DNA of 64,000 nucleotides from Orbicella franksi (Eukaryota): NCBI GenBank assembly GCA_964199315.1, contig OZ116705.1, positions 31,124,001 to 31,188,000 of the forward strand, read 5' to 3'. Shown piece by piece: positions 12,401 to 24,831 of this stretch (position 1 is its first letter; each line of letters starts with the position of its first letter). The notes under the pieces were generated by a model. It saw only the letters and a program-made list of their open reading frames with translations, ran no database searches and was not told where the DNA came from. The position numbers and the translations under genes were made by a program.

Positions 12401-12920
12401 TGTTATCCGGAAAAAAGATCTAACAGGAAAAAATAATTCTTGTTGAGCAAAACAGAACAGTTTTCGACGTCGCTGCTCTTTGAGTCATTAAGCAATTATC
12501 ATTAAAGCTTGCTGAAAGGAATTTTTTCCTGTTTCAACCAAGTTAATTCAACCACGCGTGATAGATATACGATTTTAAAAGATAATTGTAGTTTTTACAC
12601 TTCACTGAACGATAAGTGAATCTTTTCATGTGCAAATAGCGAAAATAATGAGAGCTGCACTGTTTAAGCGAAAGAATAGTGAGTCAATTTGACTAACCTA
12701 AATATTTTAAACCTTTGAAGTTACTGGAAACGTTTTCACCAGATATTAATTTGCTGAGAGAATTTCACCGGGTTAAAATCAATGCAACTGGCTGTGTGTT
12801 TGTTTGGCGTGATAACACACAATAAAACCACATATCAGCTCAGCCCACTCAGTGACAATACGTAACTTATATGACAATGCATCACATCACAATAGAATTT
12901 ACTTAGTTCCTGTTTGGTGA

Positions 12921-12928
12921 TATAAAAG
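12921..12928 (+). promoter_or_regulatory. TATA box of Cys-rich gene A
   Basis: TATAAAAG about 100 nt upstream of the ATG at 13028. Confidence 0.55.
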
Positions 12929-13027
12929 ATCGCTTTAACAACCGCTCGACATTTAGTAGACGAACGCTTGCGTGGAAGTAAGGGCCTTATCGAGCTCTCG
13001 TGTTTGTCTTGCAACTTCGACACGAAA

Positions 13028-13699
13028 ATGTACAGTTCTCTTGTAACTCTTTCGTTCGCCTTTGTCTTTGCAAATGCTTTGAGCACTGAAGAACATGTAA
13101 GACGCTTTTTCCGTCCCGAACATAGGGATCTTCTCCCCGAAGTTACCAGCTTACAGCTGCAAGACGAGCCAGCCTTGAAGGTGCCACAGAACGACGACTC
13201 CACCAAGTGCTTAGCGCACTGTGAGCCAGAGTGTAAAAACGTCGAGGTGCCACCGCATTTGACGGTAAATATCCACATTCGATATTGTTTTACTTCTGGT
13301 CTTAAATTCGTTATTGAGTTCCATACGATGTAATCGCGCGTCGCCACACCTTATGAACCATTACGTGCAAATCCGCCAGGCTATTACCTCCTAAACTAAT
13401 CTCTCTTTTTCCTTTCTTGTCAGGATCCTGCAAACTTCCAAAAATTTGAAGACAAACCGATCAACTGCGTGCTAGCTTCAACAGTCGTGTTCAAGAGGAA
13501 ACCAAAATACCAGTGCCAGTACTTGGGCCTGTACCTGTTCGACTGCTGCCGCGCCTGCAACGCCGAACACGCTAAATGCCTGAACTTACTCGGAAGTTTC
13601 TACGGAGGCCCAGAATTCTGTTACAGGGACAACTACAAGTGCATGTGCAAGTGTCTCGATAAACACAACCCACCAGAGAATTATTATCAAATCGAGTAA
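13028..13699 (+). CDS. Secreted Cys-rich protein, unassigned family, member A (170 aa, 2 exons)
   Basis: Exon 1 is 13028-13264 (MYSSLVTLSFAFVFANALS...KCLAHCEPEC...PPHLT|gtaaat). Exon 2 is 13424-13699 (tttcttgtcag|DPANF...EDKPINC...YQC...FDCCRACNAEHAKC...EFCYRDNYKCMCKCLDK...*). The intron is phase 0 and TATAAAAG lies at 12921. Confidence 0.88.
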
Positions 13700-15392
13700 A
13701 AAACAGTAAATGACTGCTCTAACACGCGGGTACAGCGAGCTCTGTAAGCGGACCAAAATACTAGTGTAGAGTGAAACGCTATATCATTTCTCTACCGAGA
13801 CAGTTTTTTGATATTGTTGTAAGTTTAGTTTAGTTTTTGTATGCCTAGTTGAATCTCCGAAAGCTTTCCGAAGTTTGTATGAAAGTTTGTAACTAATGAA
13901 CGAAATAAATGTATTAATTGAAAAAAAATATATTGTGATTAATTTTGGTGTCAACAAACAAAAAGGCGACCCACTCCTAAAAGCTTTATGCACCTCCCAT
14001 TTTATCTCCCCAGCGAGAGGAAAAAATACTCTTGATAAAATTTCAATGTCTCAGAGAAAGAATTTAGAAAACCGCGTTCGTTTTTGTTCAGACTCTTCAA
14101 TTTCTTCTTTCTTCTTATGACTGCTCAATCTCTTACTAGTTATGCTAACGAATTCATAGTCTCTGCGCACTTCACTCAGATCCTAAGTCTCCAGGCCAAA
14201 AAATTCACTGCAAAGCGTCTTTCACGCTTTGAAAATAAAGTAAACAGTGTCTAAGTGAAACTGGAAAAAGAAATGACTACAAAATAGAATAAGGAAGCCA
14301 CCAAAACGAGTTAAAAGAGTTTTAATAAAGAGTAATTACTTTGTTTCCTTTATTCCTACTAAAACAATACAGCTTACATGATTGAATTTTACTGAATAAT
14401 AAAATACATCAGATCACATAGCGTATTGTTGTTAACAGCCGTGTTTTTGTTAATGGTGGATAATGGCTAAACAAACTTGTACTGGCGGCATTTTGGGCCA
14501 ATACAGAACCTTACGAGGCAAAATTTAGCCTTATTAGTCCTTATCTGACCGTTAATTTTTCCGCTTTGGTATGAAGTGGATAGATTTCAATTACCTTGCC
14601 GAAGGTGCTTGCTAAACAATGTGATACTTTGCTATCGAAAGCCTGTTCTTGAATTCATTCAATGACTTTAATTATACCAGGAATAACTCCAACAAAACAA
14701 CCAGTGAAGCAAAAGAATAAAAATAAAGTCATTAACTAGAATACTCAAGATCAGGCATGCAAGCAGCTCAAAGCCCAGATGATGCTAACAAAAAAATACT
14801 GATAATTTAATTAAGTAAAAAAGAAATTTGCTCAATATTGAATGTAGTGCGGTTTGTCAAGTGTACGCGCAAGGAGCGTGGTAGGTGAATAACATGTCAG
14901 GTATTAAGGGGGCTCATAACGACATAATAAAGGATTAAATGTTTTTTGTTAACTGGCCAACTGATTGCGGAAAAATTAACGGTTTTGTAACTTTAGTGAA
15001 TGAAACCATTGAATATAACATCGTAAATACTGGCCTACACGTTCACGCAAAAAAGGGCACTCTTGCAAAAACAGGAAAAAATTCCGATGGACAATAAAAT
15101 GTCTTATCTTCAAAACATTGAATTTTAGCTATCTTTCCTACAAATTTACTGCTAAAATCTTTCACGATCGCACCAACACGCCCTGTTCTTTTTTACTGTT
15201 ACTATAAAAGAAAGCGATTTGCCACCAGACAAATCCAACGTGCTTTAAATGAACCCGTGCGTGTACGTGCCAGACAAGACAAACTTGCCAACTGACGTTA
15301 CACGTGCATGATTCAGCCAATTAGAATTCTCAAGGCAACGAATCAAAAACAAACTGCAAACAATCCAAGCGTTTGATTTTCCGCTTTCGTGG

Positions 15393-15400
15393 TATAAAAG
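15393..15400 (+). promoter_or_regulatory. TATA box of Cys-rich gene B
   Basis: TATAAAAG about 82 nt upstream of the ATG at 15482, with CACGTG at 15301. Confidence 0.55.
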
Positions 15401-15481
15401 GTTTTTACCCACCTATGCTCGTTCAGTGTACAAGTGCTGTTTCAAACAGAGTTCTCGCTCGACACTTCCTTCAGTGCCAAA

Positions 15482-16217
15482 ATGAAATCGTACTTGTTGG
15501 TCTGCTTAGTGGCTGCTGCCATCATGGCCACACAAGGATACAGGCACAGTCATATGCAGGGGTCGCATCAGTTCCAAGATGAAGCCCTTAGTGCGTTAGA
15601 TAACATGGAAGATCCAGCGTCCGGTGCTCCACCACAACCACCACAGCCACCACAGCCACCACCAAACCCTCACGAGTGTGACTGTGATGGAGTTTGTCTT
15701 GACCTTCATGAAGATCGTCTCCCAAAGGAAATCCAGGTCAGTACAACACAAGCCGAAATAACCGCATTGAAAACCAAACAGTTTGAAGTACGAGGATCCA
15801 AGCTTGAAAACGATATCAATTTATTAAGTGCATTTATTAAGTTTAGCATTCAGAAAGCGATTTTCGAGGACATAACGCTTAAATTGATATTCTTATGTCT
15901 GTTTTTTTTAGGACAAGCACAATTATCTGAGCTACGAGAATTTCCCAGTATTGTGTCGTGATGCAGCCTCCATCTATCTGCCGCCAGAAGAACAAGACAA
16001 ACCCCAGAAAAAATACGTCTGCAAGCAGACCTTCGACTGCTGCCGTTATTGTAATGCGCTGTTTTACAGATGCGTGGATAAGAAGTCTAACACCTATGGA
16101 TTCTGCATGCGCGGAGCATACAAATGTATGTGTCAGTGCATTGATAAGAGATCATACCAGGAACTGCCTTACCCTACGCCCCCACCAACCCCCCCAGCCC
16201 CCCCAGCCATCCCCTAA
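15482..16217 (+). CDS. Secreted Cys-rich, Pro-rich protein, unassigned family, member B (186 aa, 2 exons)
   Basis: Exon 1 is 15482-15736 (MKSYLLVCLVAAAIMATQG...PPQPPQPPQPPP..ECDCDGVC...KEIQ|gtcagt). Exon 2 is 15912-16217 (ttttttag|DKHNYLSYENFPVLC...YVC..TFDCCRYCNALFYRC...GFCMRGAYKCMCQCIDK...PTPPPTPPAPPAIP*). The intron is phase 0 and TATAAAAG lies at 15393. Confidence 0.9.
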
Positions 16218-17996
16218 AGTGACTAATGTCGCCATGAGTATTGTTATACTAGCTTTGCAGAGCTGTTTGCAGACCTGAATTCTAAGCCTGTAGGAGATTG
16301 ATTCATTTTGTTTTGCTGTAGTCGACAGCCATAGTGATGTAAACAGGTTCAAAGTCATGTAAACTACTAATAAACATCCTTAAAATGAAGTATTTGATGT
16401 TGTTCTTTGTTGATCTATAGATTCTCCCCAGCCTTCCATCATTTTTTTCTCTCCGCCTTTATTTTTTGCGATAATAACCCACACTTCTGTCATTTCCAAT
16501 TCGAAATTTTCTTTTATGTTCTCAATGCGAAAATTAAGTTACACAGCGAAGAGTACTTTTGAAAGATTTTGATCTGTTCTGTGGTAAAAGCTTAAACTTC
16601 CATCTTGACATTATCACAAAAAAGTAATAATACTCTTGGTTGCAGATTAAGGTTTGTTGTTTGTTATAGACACAGCTTAATGAACAAAATCAGAGGAAAA
16701 TACTGCACAGTAGCTTTCATCTGATAGGTCTTGTCCTTGACTAGAAGTTCAAACCAAATTAATTGACCCGTATGCGGTTGAATGGAGTTAAACTCGACAA
16801 CATTCTTCTGTCCTAAAGTTTTACCGATAACAAGTTGCTATGCACTAAATTCGCTGAACCGGAACAGCGCTTTACCAAATACAAAGTGCTTTAATTTGTA
16901 CGCTGTCGTGCATAGTGATTAGACACTGAGGCGAGGTCATTCCAATTCATTCTTAAGGGGATCAAGGGATATTTTCCTGGTTTACTAACAAATTGTCATT
17001 ACACTAAATAAAAAAAAAATGTGTGGCAAATCAAGAGGAGTGTGAGTTTTGAACTTAGGAATAGACTCCGCATAACTACTTAAGCATGACCTGGTCATGG
17101 TTATTAAGCACCAATTCAACTCTCACGAATTAAGAACAGCGGGTCCATGTTGCTAGCTCAAGGCTTTGTTTCACAACCCAATATTAACCTAATATCTGCT
17201 ACGAATTGAACTCAGTTTGCCTACTAGTTCCTTCAATAATAATATTCTTTTTCTGTTAGAAATAACTCTTCCGTATACCTGGTATACCATGTCCTTTCCC
17301 GGTAAATAGTTCTTGAAGTTTTTGATACAAACAGAATGCAATAGCTTGGTTGTCCTATTTCAGTTTTGCCGCGCCCAACAACCTTATTTACGTCCTTTCG
17401 ATGGATTATAAAATGACCTTTGTACTGAGAGATACACTTGTTTTATACTCACATGATTGAACAGGCTTACCACGATTCATTAAGTTCAAAAGTCTCCCCA
17501 CATGGAAGGAAACACAACAATCGGTAGTGTTTTGAATATCACAAGATCTCACATATGTCGAGAAATGACCACAATATTTGACAAATCGATTTTCCATGTT
17601 GATGTTATCAGAGGGACGATTTGCATTCAGATTTATACTAATGTTTAATACAGTGTACGCTTAAATTCAAGACGGTAGCAACAAAATTGAGATTTAATAT
17701 TCACAATATCAGCTTTTATCTACGATGAATGTTTCTCTCTTGTTGGTGAAAATAATATAGCACGGTAATACACACGCTTATAATTTTACAAGGTGTTATT
17801 TATTTAATTTTTTTTTTCTGCTTACCTGTATCGCCTTGCAATACCGTACACGTGAAATTAAATAAATTTTAAAAGATCAAAGCTTTGCGGGATCAGTCAA
17901 GTTTCTTGATAATCATTAACACCGATTTCTACATTTCAAGGTCATGAATTATTTCTGAACTGACTTTCGCTCCATAAAGCGTTTATTACCGTTAGC

Positions 17997-18762
17997 TCAC
18001 CATCCGTGAACCACTATTTGGGGTAAACTATCTTTAACGCAGTCGCCAGCACACCTGTAAGCTAAGTCCAAGCACTGCACTACGCTTCTAGTAAGAACAC
18101 AGCTGTAATATTCCACGTTGCATCTTCGACAACAAAAGAAGAAACAGCCGGCTAAGTAAGGTTCATTCTCGATGTCGATTGTTCCACTTTCTTTGCAGAA
18201 AACTGGTTTGTTCTCAATCCACATTAGTTGCTGAAATAGAGTGTTAACAAAAGACCGTTAAATCAATTTGCTCAAAACTTCGCAAACATTCTAACAAACA
18301 AAAGTCTATCGGAAAGCGATATGAATTTGGTTTTATCGAATCGTGAGCTTTTGGAAATCTAACACAAAGCAGGTAACAGCAAAGATATTGTTACTATTTA
18401 AAATCGACTCCAGGATTTGCTGTTTTCTTGGTAGTAGAAATTCTACTGCAAGAAGGTCACCGTGAATCGAAATTTGCATCTCTACTCACCTCAAGTTCGG
18501 AGCTCTCAGGACCTAGACAAAAATTGCTACAGTCGCATGTTAAGTCTTCTTGCAAACGTTTTTTTGGTTTCACTGATTCAAGTGAAATCTCTCGACTCTC
18601 TTTGCGTTCTAGTTTCAAGTTTTCCACATTAATATTTTCATCGTACCAGGCTTTTGTAATTTCTGGAAGGACCAGTTTGCGTGAACTTCTGCTCACAACT
18701 CGCTGTAGTTGAACGAGAAATACCAGAGATGAAAACACCCGAACAGCTAACAAATTCCTCAT
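17997..18762 (-). CDS. Secreted Cys-rich protein, unassigned family, member C (168 aa, 2 exons)
   Basis: Exon 1 is 18762-18490 (MRNLLAVRVFSSLVFLVQLQRVVS...KKRLQEDLTCDCSNFC..SSELE|gtgagt). Exon 2 is 18230-17997 (tatttcag|QLMWIENKPVFC...AGCFFFCCRRCNVEYYSC..VQCLDLAYRCAGDCVKD...*). The phase-0 intron is in the same position as in members A and B. Confidence 0.87.
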
Positions 18763-19863
18763 GGTCCATTTGCCGACTACATGACGAAAGTCCAGTCCAA
18801 AAATTCCAAAAAATATTGATACAATAGTAAAAAATACACTTACAACTCACGTGCTAGCGCGAACCACACGTCGAAGGCATAACATGTACACAGTTGAACA
18901 GTTTTTCCGCCTTTAGAATTGATTTGTGCAAAACTCGATCAAGTGAAACCGACCACCGCAACCACCTTTAAACTGCTAATTTTTTTTTTTTTTATTTTAA
19001 AAAAAGACACACTCTAATGCTGTGCTAATGAGGTGTGACCTTCACCGGGCTGGTTTTGTAGATCACTGCTATGCACGCAATTGCATGCAGGTTTCTATCG
19101 CCAATAAAGTTGAAGAAATCCAACATCTCTATCAAAATAACACCTTGATTGTGATTTTTTTCTGCAGTGTGTCGTTGGATTGTCGCATAATTTTACAACC
19201 CTTATCTCGCTTCAACCAAAACAAACCCCTTGAGAATAAAGACTTTAGTCAACCGAGACAGAACTATTTGCACAATCAGTGACCCGTGCCTAGTAAATAC
19301 TATAAACGTGTTCATTTAGTCGTAAAAAAGATAAATGTTGCCCAACATGCTATTTTGACCTTAATGATACTCTTGTAAAAATTCTTCATTAACTCTTTGC
19401 AGTTCCGTCCAACTTTTCTCTTCCGCTTAACGGAAACTTACTCAAGCCAGGTTTTGTGGGGTGTAGGGGGTAGTTTGGACAGAATTGGGAGGCACTGATT
19501 TCAAATCGCAAATCAACAGTACACAGAAAAGCATAAGTAGATAATTGATTGATGTTCACTTTGTTAAATGACACGTGCCCACAATAGATGAAAAAAAAAA
19601 ACCTTTAGAAAAGGAGGTTTCGTAATCACAATTTGTAATCACAGTTGGATGTTAATTACGGGCGAAGCCTACAAATGAACCTTGATCAATCATAGGCATA
19701 GTGGACTATTTTACCACCGTTTTTGCACCAAAACTGATAACGTTGCTTTTCGATTTGCGACGTAGGAAAGTCGTCGATATCTAAACCTGACCATTGTACG
19801 GAAGAGTTTAGCCTGGTACTACTATCTGCTTATCAAGAATATCTGATGACATTTAAATTGATG

Positions 19864-20140
19864 ACGTCGCAAGTGGTACAAAGAGCACGACCATTAATTA
19901 CGCATATATACCTAATTGGGGCCTAAAGGGTTAAAACAGCACAATACTTATAAACTAAGTGAAGCAAATATTTGGTAATAACAGCGCACTTGAAAGTCAA
20001 CTTTGGCGTATATATTGGCAGCAGCCGCGCGTACCAGAGAACACTTAACCGAAAACCAATATTGTTCCTTTAACCCTTTGAGCCCCAATTACGCATATAT
20101 GCGTAATTAATGGTCGCGCTCTTTGTACCACTTGTGACGT
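19864..20140. repeat. 71-bp inverted repeat pair with piggyBac-like TTAA-CCCTT ends facing inward
   Basis: 19864-19934 and 20070-20140 are reverse complements with 6 mismatches. The spacer is 135 bp. Confidence 0.8.
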
Positions 20141-21302
20141 GTAATACATAATTTTCACGCCAACAAAGTTACAACTTGCGACTGTAAAAAAGGCCGAAGA
20201 AGCTTTGGTAGTTTACATTAAATTGCACATAATAATAGGGACAATTACTTGGATAGGTCTACGAAGGCATGAAACTGTCAATAACAGCTGGCAGAGATAT
20301 TTCCCTATGACAAAACAATTGTACTTTGTGATACAGAGTTTCATGATGCGCTTACATGAAGTTGTGTCGCGTGTGGCCTTTGCGAAGCTAGGGGAGAGGA
20401 GAGTGAGGAGCGAAGCTCTAACTCTTTTAAACAGAGTATAGTTCTTACCAAATTTGGGTATTACGTTTATTACGACTAAAGACGCTTTAAAAATTGTTTA
20501 CATGTATTATATGACAATAATTCAGCCGAAAAAATCTAAGACAACGCGTGGAATTTTTCGATGCAAAATTAAATTATCATACCCACATTAATGTCCATTG
20601 TGACTTGTTTATTTTAAGTTATTCTGACTTAAATTGTTCTTAGCAAATTCTTAAAAATCTATTCAGTGTGTACCTATATATATTCATTATGTCAAGAAAG
20701 AGTATGGATTCAAACATATTCGAAAATATTTTGGTCTCTCTTGACGAACACATGAAAATGAATTCCTAAATATTTAGTAACTGCAAAGAATTGCCCACAA
20801 ATAACGGGACATTCTTGAACGAGAAACATTCAAACGTTGTTTAACAACATCTCTTAAGACTGATGCCTTTAATACATTTTCATAAGCCTTCACACGTGAA
20901 TATTTTTGCCACTCAAGTTCAGGCAGGGTATAAATTTTTCTACATACAAACTCTTCATGTAATATTTTACATACGTACAATTTCAACCAGGACATATACA
21001 ATTGAACTTCCTATAGACTGTGACTGTAATCAGAGTCGTTTGGCCCCAAGAGAGAAACTCGGCTAGTTTACATATGGTTGCTTACATCAGATTGTCGCTT
21101 TGTGAAGTCAGTCCAACTGTATAATTACTCCTACATCAATCACAGGCCAAAAATATCCCAAACAATTATAGTTCTTACATTTCGTTTCTCACAGGAAAAG
21201 CTAACAGCATTTTTGGAGCACTGAGGACTCAGTCCACATTCCGTTCACACTGTCCCACAGCACGCCATTCATGTGATCACTGGAAACTAGTTCCCAGGTC
21301 TT

Positions 21303-24300
21303 TTAGTCTTCACCCAATATGTCTCCATCTCTGGACTCGGGTTCGTCTGCTTTGCTAGTGACGTAATCCTCTCGTAACTTGTCCAACTCGGCAAGTTCAC
21401 GCTGCGAAAACATGCAAATATTCATATTAGCATCACGTTACGATGAAGTGAGATCATGACTACTGTATTGCAAATTGATCAGACTATAATTTCTTCTAAC
21501 TAACTAGCAAAAATCCAGGCCGAGAGATTAAGAGAAGAAAGACATGATCGTCTTGGAATAGTTCTCGGAGCTCTTCGGCAATCTTCGCCAGTATCCTTAT
21601 CCGAACATTTCCGATCACCCTCTGAACACTTAGAATTGAAGATTGTCAAAGAGACGACACACCTTCGTAAGTAAAAACGTGTACACCGCCGTAATCTACC
21701 AACTTACCTTCACGATATCCATGTGATAAGCACGTTTTGTTCGGATCTTCTGCATCGGGAAAGGGTTCAGCAACTGGAAGGCAATCTGAATACAAAGCAC
21801 ATAATTCAGCACATAATTTAGTGCAAAGCACATAATTAAGTACATAATTTAATACAAAGCAAATAGTTTAGTACATAAGTTAGTATTTCAGGCTGAGAAG
21901 TTAAACAAGGTGTATTAAAGAAAAACTGCGAGCCACCTGACCGATATCAGTTCATAGTTTGTTATTTGTATAATACAGCATCAGCTTAGGACCTCTTGAT
22001 CATAAATGAATGGGTAAATCTACGGAAAATTGACAACGGCGATGCCATACCAAACTGTCAATGTTAGTACTAACGAAATACATTGGAATTAGTTGAAAGA
22101 ATTCACATTCTGATCTTATAGGACTGACCTGAGATAAGGTGTTTGCGTCTGTGACTTTTTCCGGCATCTGTCTCAGGAAGTTGAATATGCTCATGTGGTC
22201 TTGACACTTAAGAAGTTGTTCTTCACTGCTCTTAAAGACGGCCAGAGCAAACCGGAACAAAACCTGGAACACACGCACAAGAATAAAGAAATTGCAACAG
22301 TTAGAGAGGAAGCCAGATCAGTATTAGCTGGTTTTCATGGCTGGTGTTCCTCAATCCAGGTTGAATTGGAATTTGGAGTGTTTGTTTTTGTGTTGCATGG
22401 GAGTAAAACCGGAGAACCCGGAGGAAAAACCCTCGGAGCAAGGCGAGAACCAACAACAAAATTAACCCACATATGGCACCGGGCCGGAATGGAACCCGGG
22501 CCATATTGGAGGGAGGCGAGCGCTCTCACCACTGCGCCATCCCTGAAACCAAAATTCCACATTCGCGACTCACTCTGGAAGGCCGAAATAAGTATTACTG
22601 TTTGTGCAATTGAGAGACCAACCTCCTCACTATTAGGATACTGGAAAAGTAAGACTGTTTAACGCTAACTGACGTTGTTATAGCAATATAACAATTTGTT
22701 GACGCTGTTATGGCAACATCAAGATTACGGCAATTTAACAGGCTTCCTGTAATAGTTGGATTTACTTGAAAAATAGTTCTGACTTAACCAAAACTCACCT
22801 TGTTTCCCTCAAAAAGAAAAGTGTCCCAGACTCGAAGAGTTGACTGCAACAAGAAAGTGTTGAATTAGCACGTGCCCAGTATTGAAACCATGAATGTCAA
22901 CCGGAAAGTCACCGCATCAAAACTTTTTAAAAGTAAAGACTTATTGACTGCAAATCACAAGACACATGGCTTAACAAATTTATACCAAGAACACCTCTGG
23001 TACACAACATACCTGCACTGGAAAACTATCCACGAAAATTGTTAAAAACCAGTTGAAAGACACCAGTGACAAGTCCACACTGCCAATCAAACAAAACCAT
23101 CATATAAGGGAGCTCACAACCACTACAGCAAGAGAGAGAGGACTTGGAAACACAGAGAATTATCATCATTATCAATAATTGTATGTTCACTTTTTACAGA
23201 GAAAGAGTAAACTATCATTTCTTTGAATAAAAAATTGGGATACATGCTTTGTCCATTTACACAACCTCACTTATCTTTGTGTTAAGTCATAGAATTAATT
23301 ACAGCTCTCGAGAGTGATCAGCTTTCATTTAATCAATCCTGGAATAACTCGGCAACTGACCGGAAAACAACAAAAATAATCAGTTTACGAATATTGTCCT
23401 GATGTAGTACCGAGTTCTCCGAACTAACATATAACAAGAAATGTACGACAGTCAGTAGGGAGAATTACCGACTACATCACTGACATACTTGAGAGCGTCA
23501 AAGTGAGCGCTAAGTCGTGGTAGTTTTTCAGCCAACAGATCTCGGAGCACTCTCTGATCCGCCTGTGATGCGATAAGTGTTTTGGAAAAGTAATCTCTTG
23601 GTAGAAGATGTTCAACAATGGCTACTAAACACCTGCAATGAAGAAGAGGGTTAGAAATTATTAAAAGAAAAGCGCACTGAAAAAGAAAAACACGAACTAT
23701 TTCCCGTTACGTGCAAACGAAAACAAAGGCAGGCTGGTAAAAAACAGGGAGAGAGAGAAAAAGAGAGAGGAGTTCTAAAAAGAACAAATAACAGCAACAA
23801 TGTGATTGTTATCATCAATGTCGACAACAGCAAAAGCTCAAAAAAGGAATTTGAGAAGATGGTAACTCACCAAAACGATTCTTCTTCGTTAAGATAAAGT
23901 AAAGCAATGGCAACCAGACGGTTCAAACCCTTTGAAGTAAAATCACAAAGACAGTTAAGGGAGAAAATAAGAAACTGGTAAGTAGCAGCGTTTCCTTACC
24001 TGGCAATAACCAACATCAAGATTATGCCAACTGTAAGCCAACAGAACTTCCCTTAGTTTAGTGGTCTGCGGAAATACAACAAAATGTTACTACTTCCCCA
24101 AGCACAATACAACAACACGTGAGGCAGGAAAAATCCGCTACGCTACAAAGCGATATGACCTTGAGATTTCTGAGTTGATAATTGATGAGGCCGTAGAAAA
24201 CGGGGACGAATAATCTTATTGTGCTAGGAGAATTTTCTAACTTAATCTTCATTCAAACAATGATTTCCAATTATCTCTCTACAGCGCACTCATCACCTTT

Positions 24301-24769
24301 TCAACAATTTCGAGATTGCAGAATCGCATAACGGTAAATGTTCAATAGCTCAGCCAATCAGATTGTGGCATTTGCATTAATATACAATAATATACAATAG
24401 TATAAAATTCCACTAATTCAACTATCGATGTTTGTTGTTTATCCAGTAATACTGGCTCACCCCGTCAGCGTCCAGGTTGTCGTAATGTTTGTTATTTGGT
24501 AATGTTCGTAACAAGTCTAACTCAATCTGTTTCACAGCTGGGGAGTGTTTTCTTTTCATGTTCTCCAGCAGATGTGCATAATAGCCATCACCCGCTAGGT
24601 TCCTGGTTTCTTGTACGCACTGGTCAATGCAGTATTTCCATATTGTAGCACGATGCTCGTGTGGTACACCAATTCGAACAAGCGCTTTCAGTTCGGGCTG
24701 AAACAACAAGTAAATAATACCTAGTTACAATAGGCGACGAAGACGAATACCATAAGCCGCGCGCCGGTA

Positions 24770-24831
<62 letters not shown>

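Noticed and set aside
13540-13580. DCCRAC resembling the phospholipase A2 DxCCxxHD motif
   Set aside because: The catalytic His-Asp dyad and the Ca-binding loop are absent in all three paralogs.
15434-15961. 175-aa single ORF
   Set aside because: It reads through the intron after CAG|gtcagt at 15736. The spliced model restores the family Cys domain.
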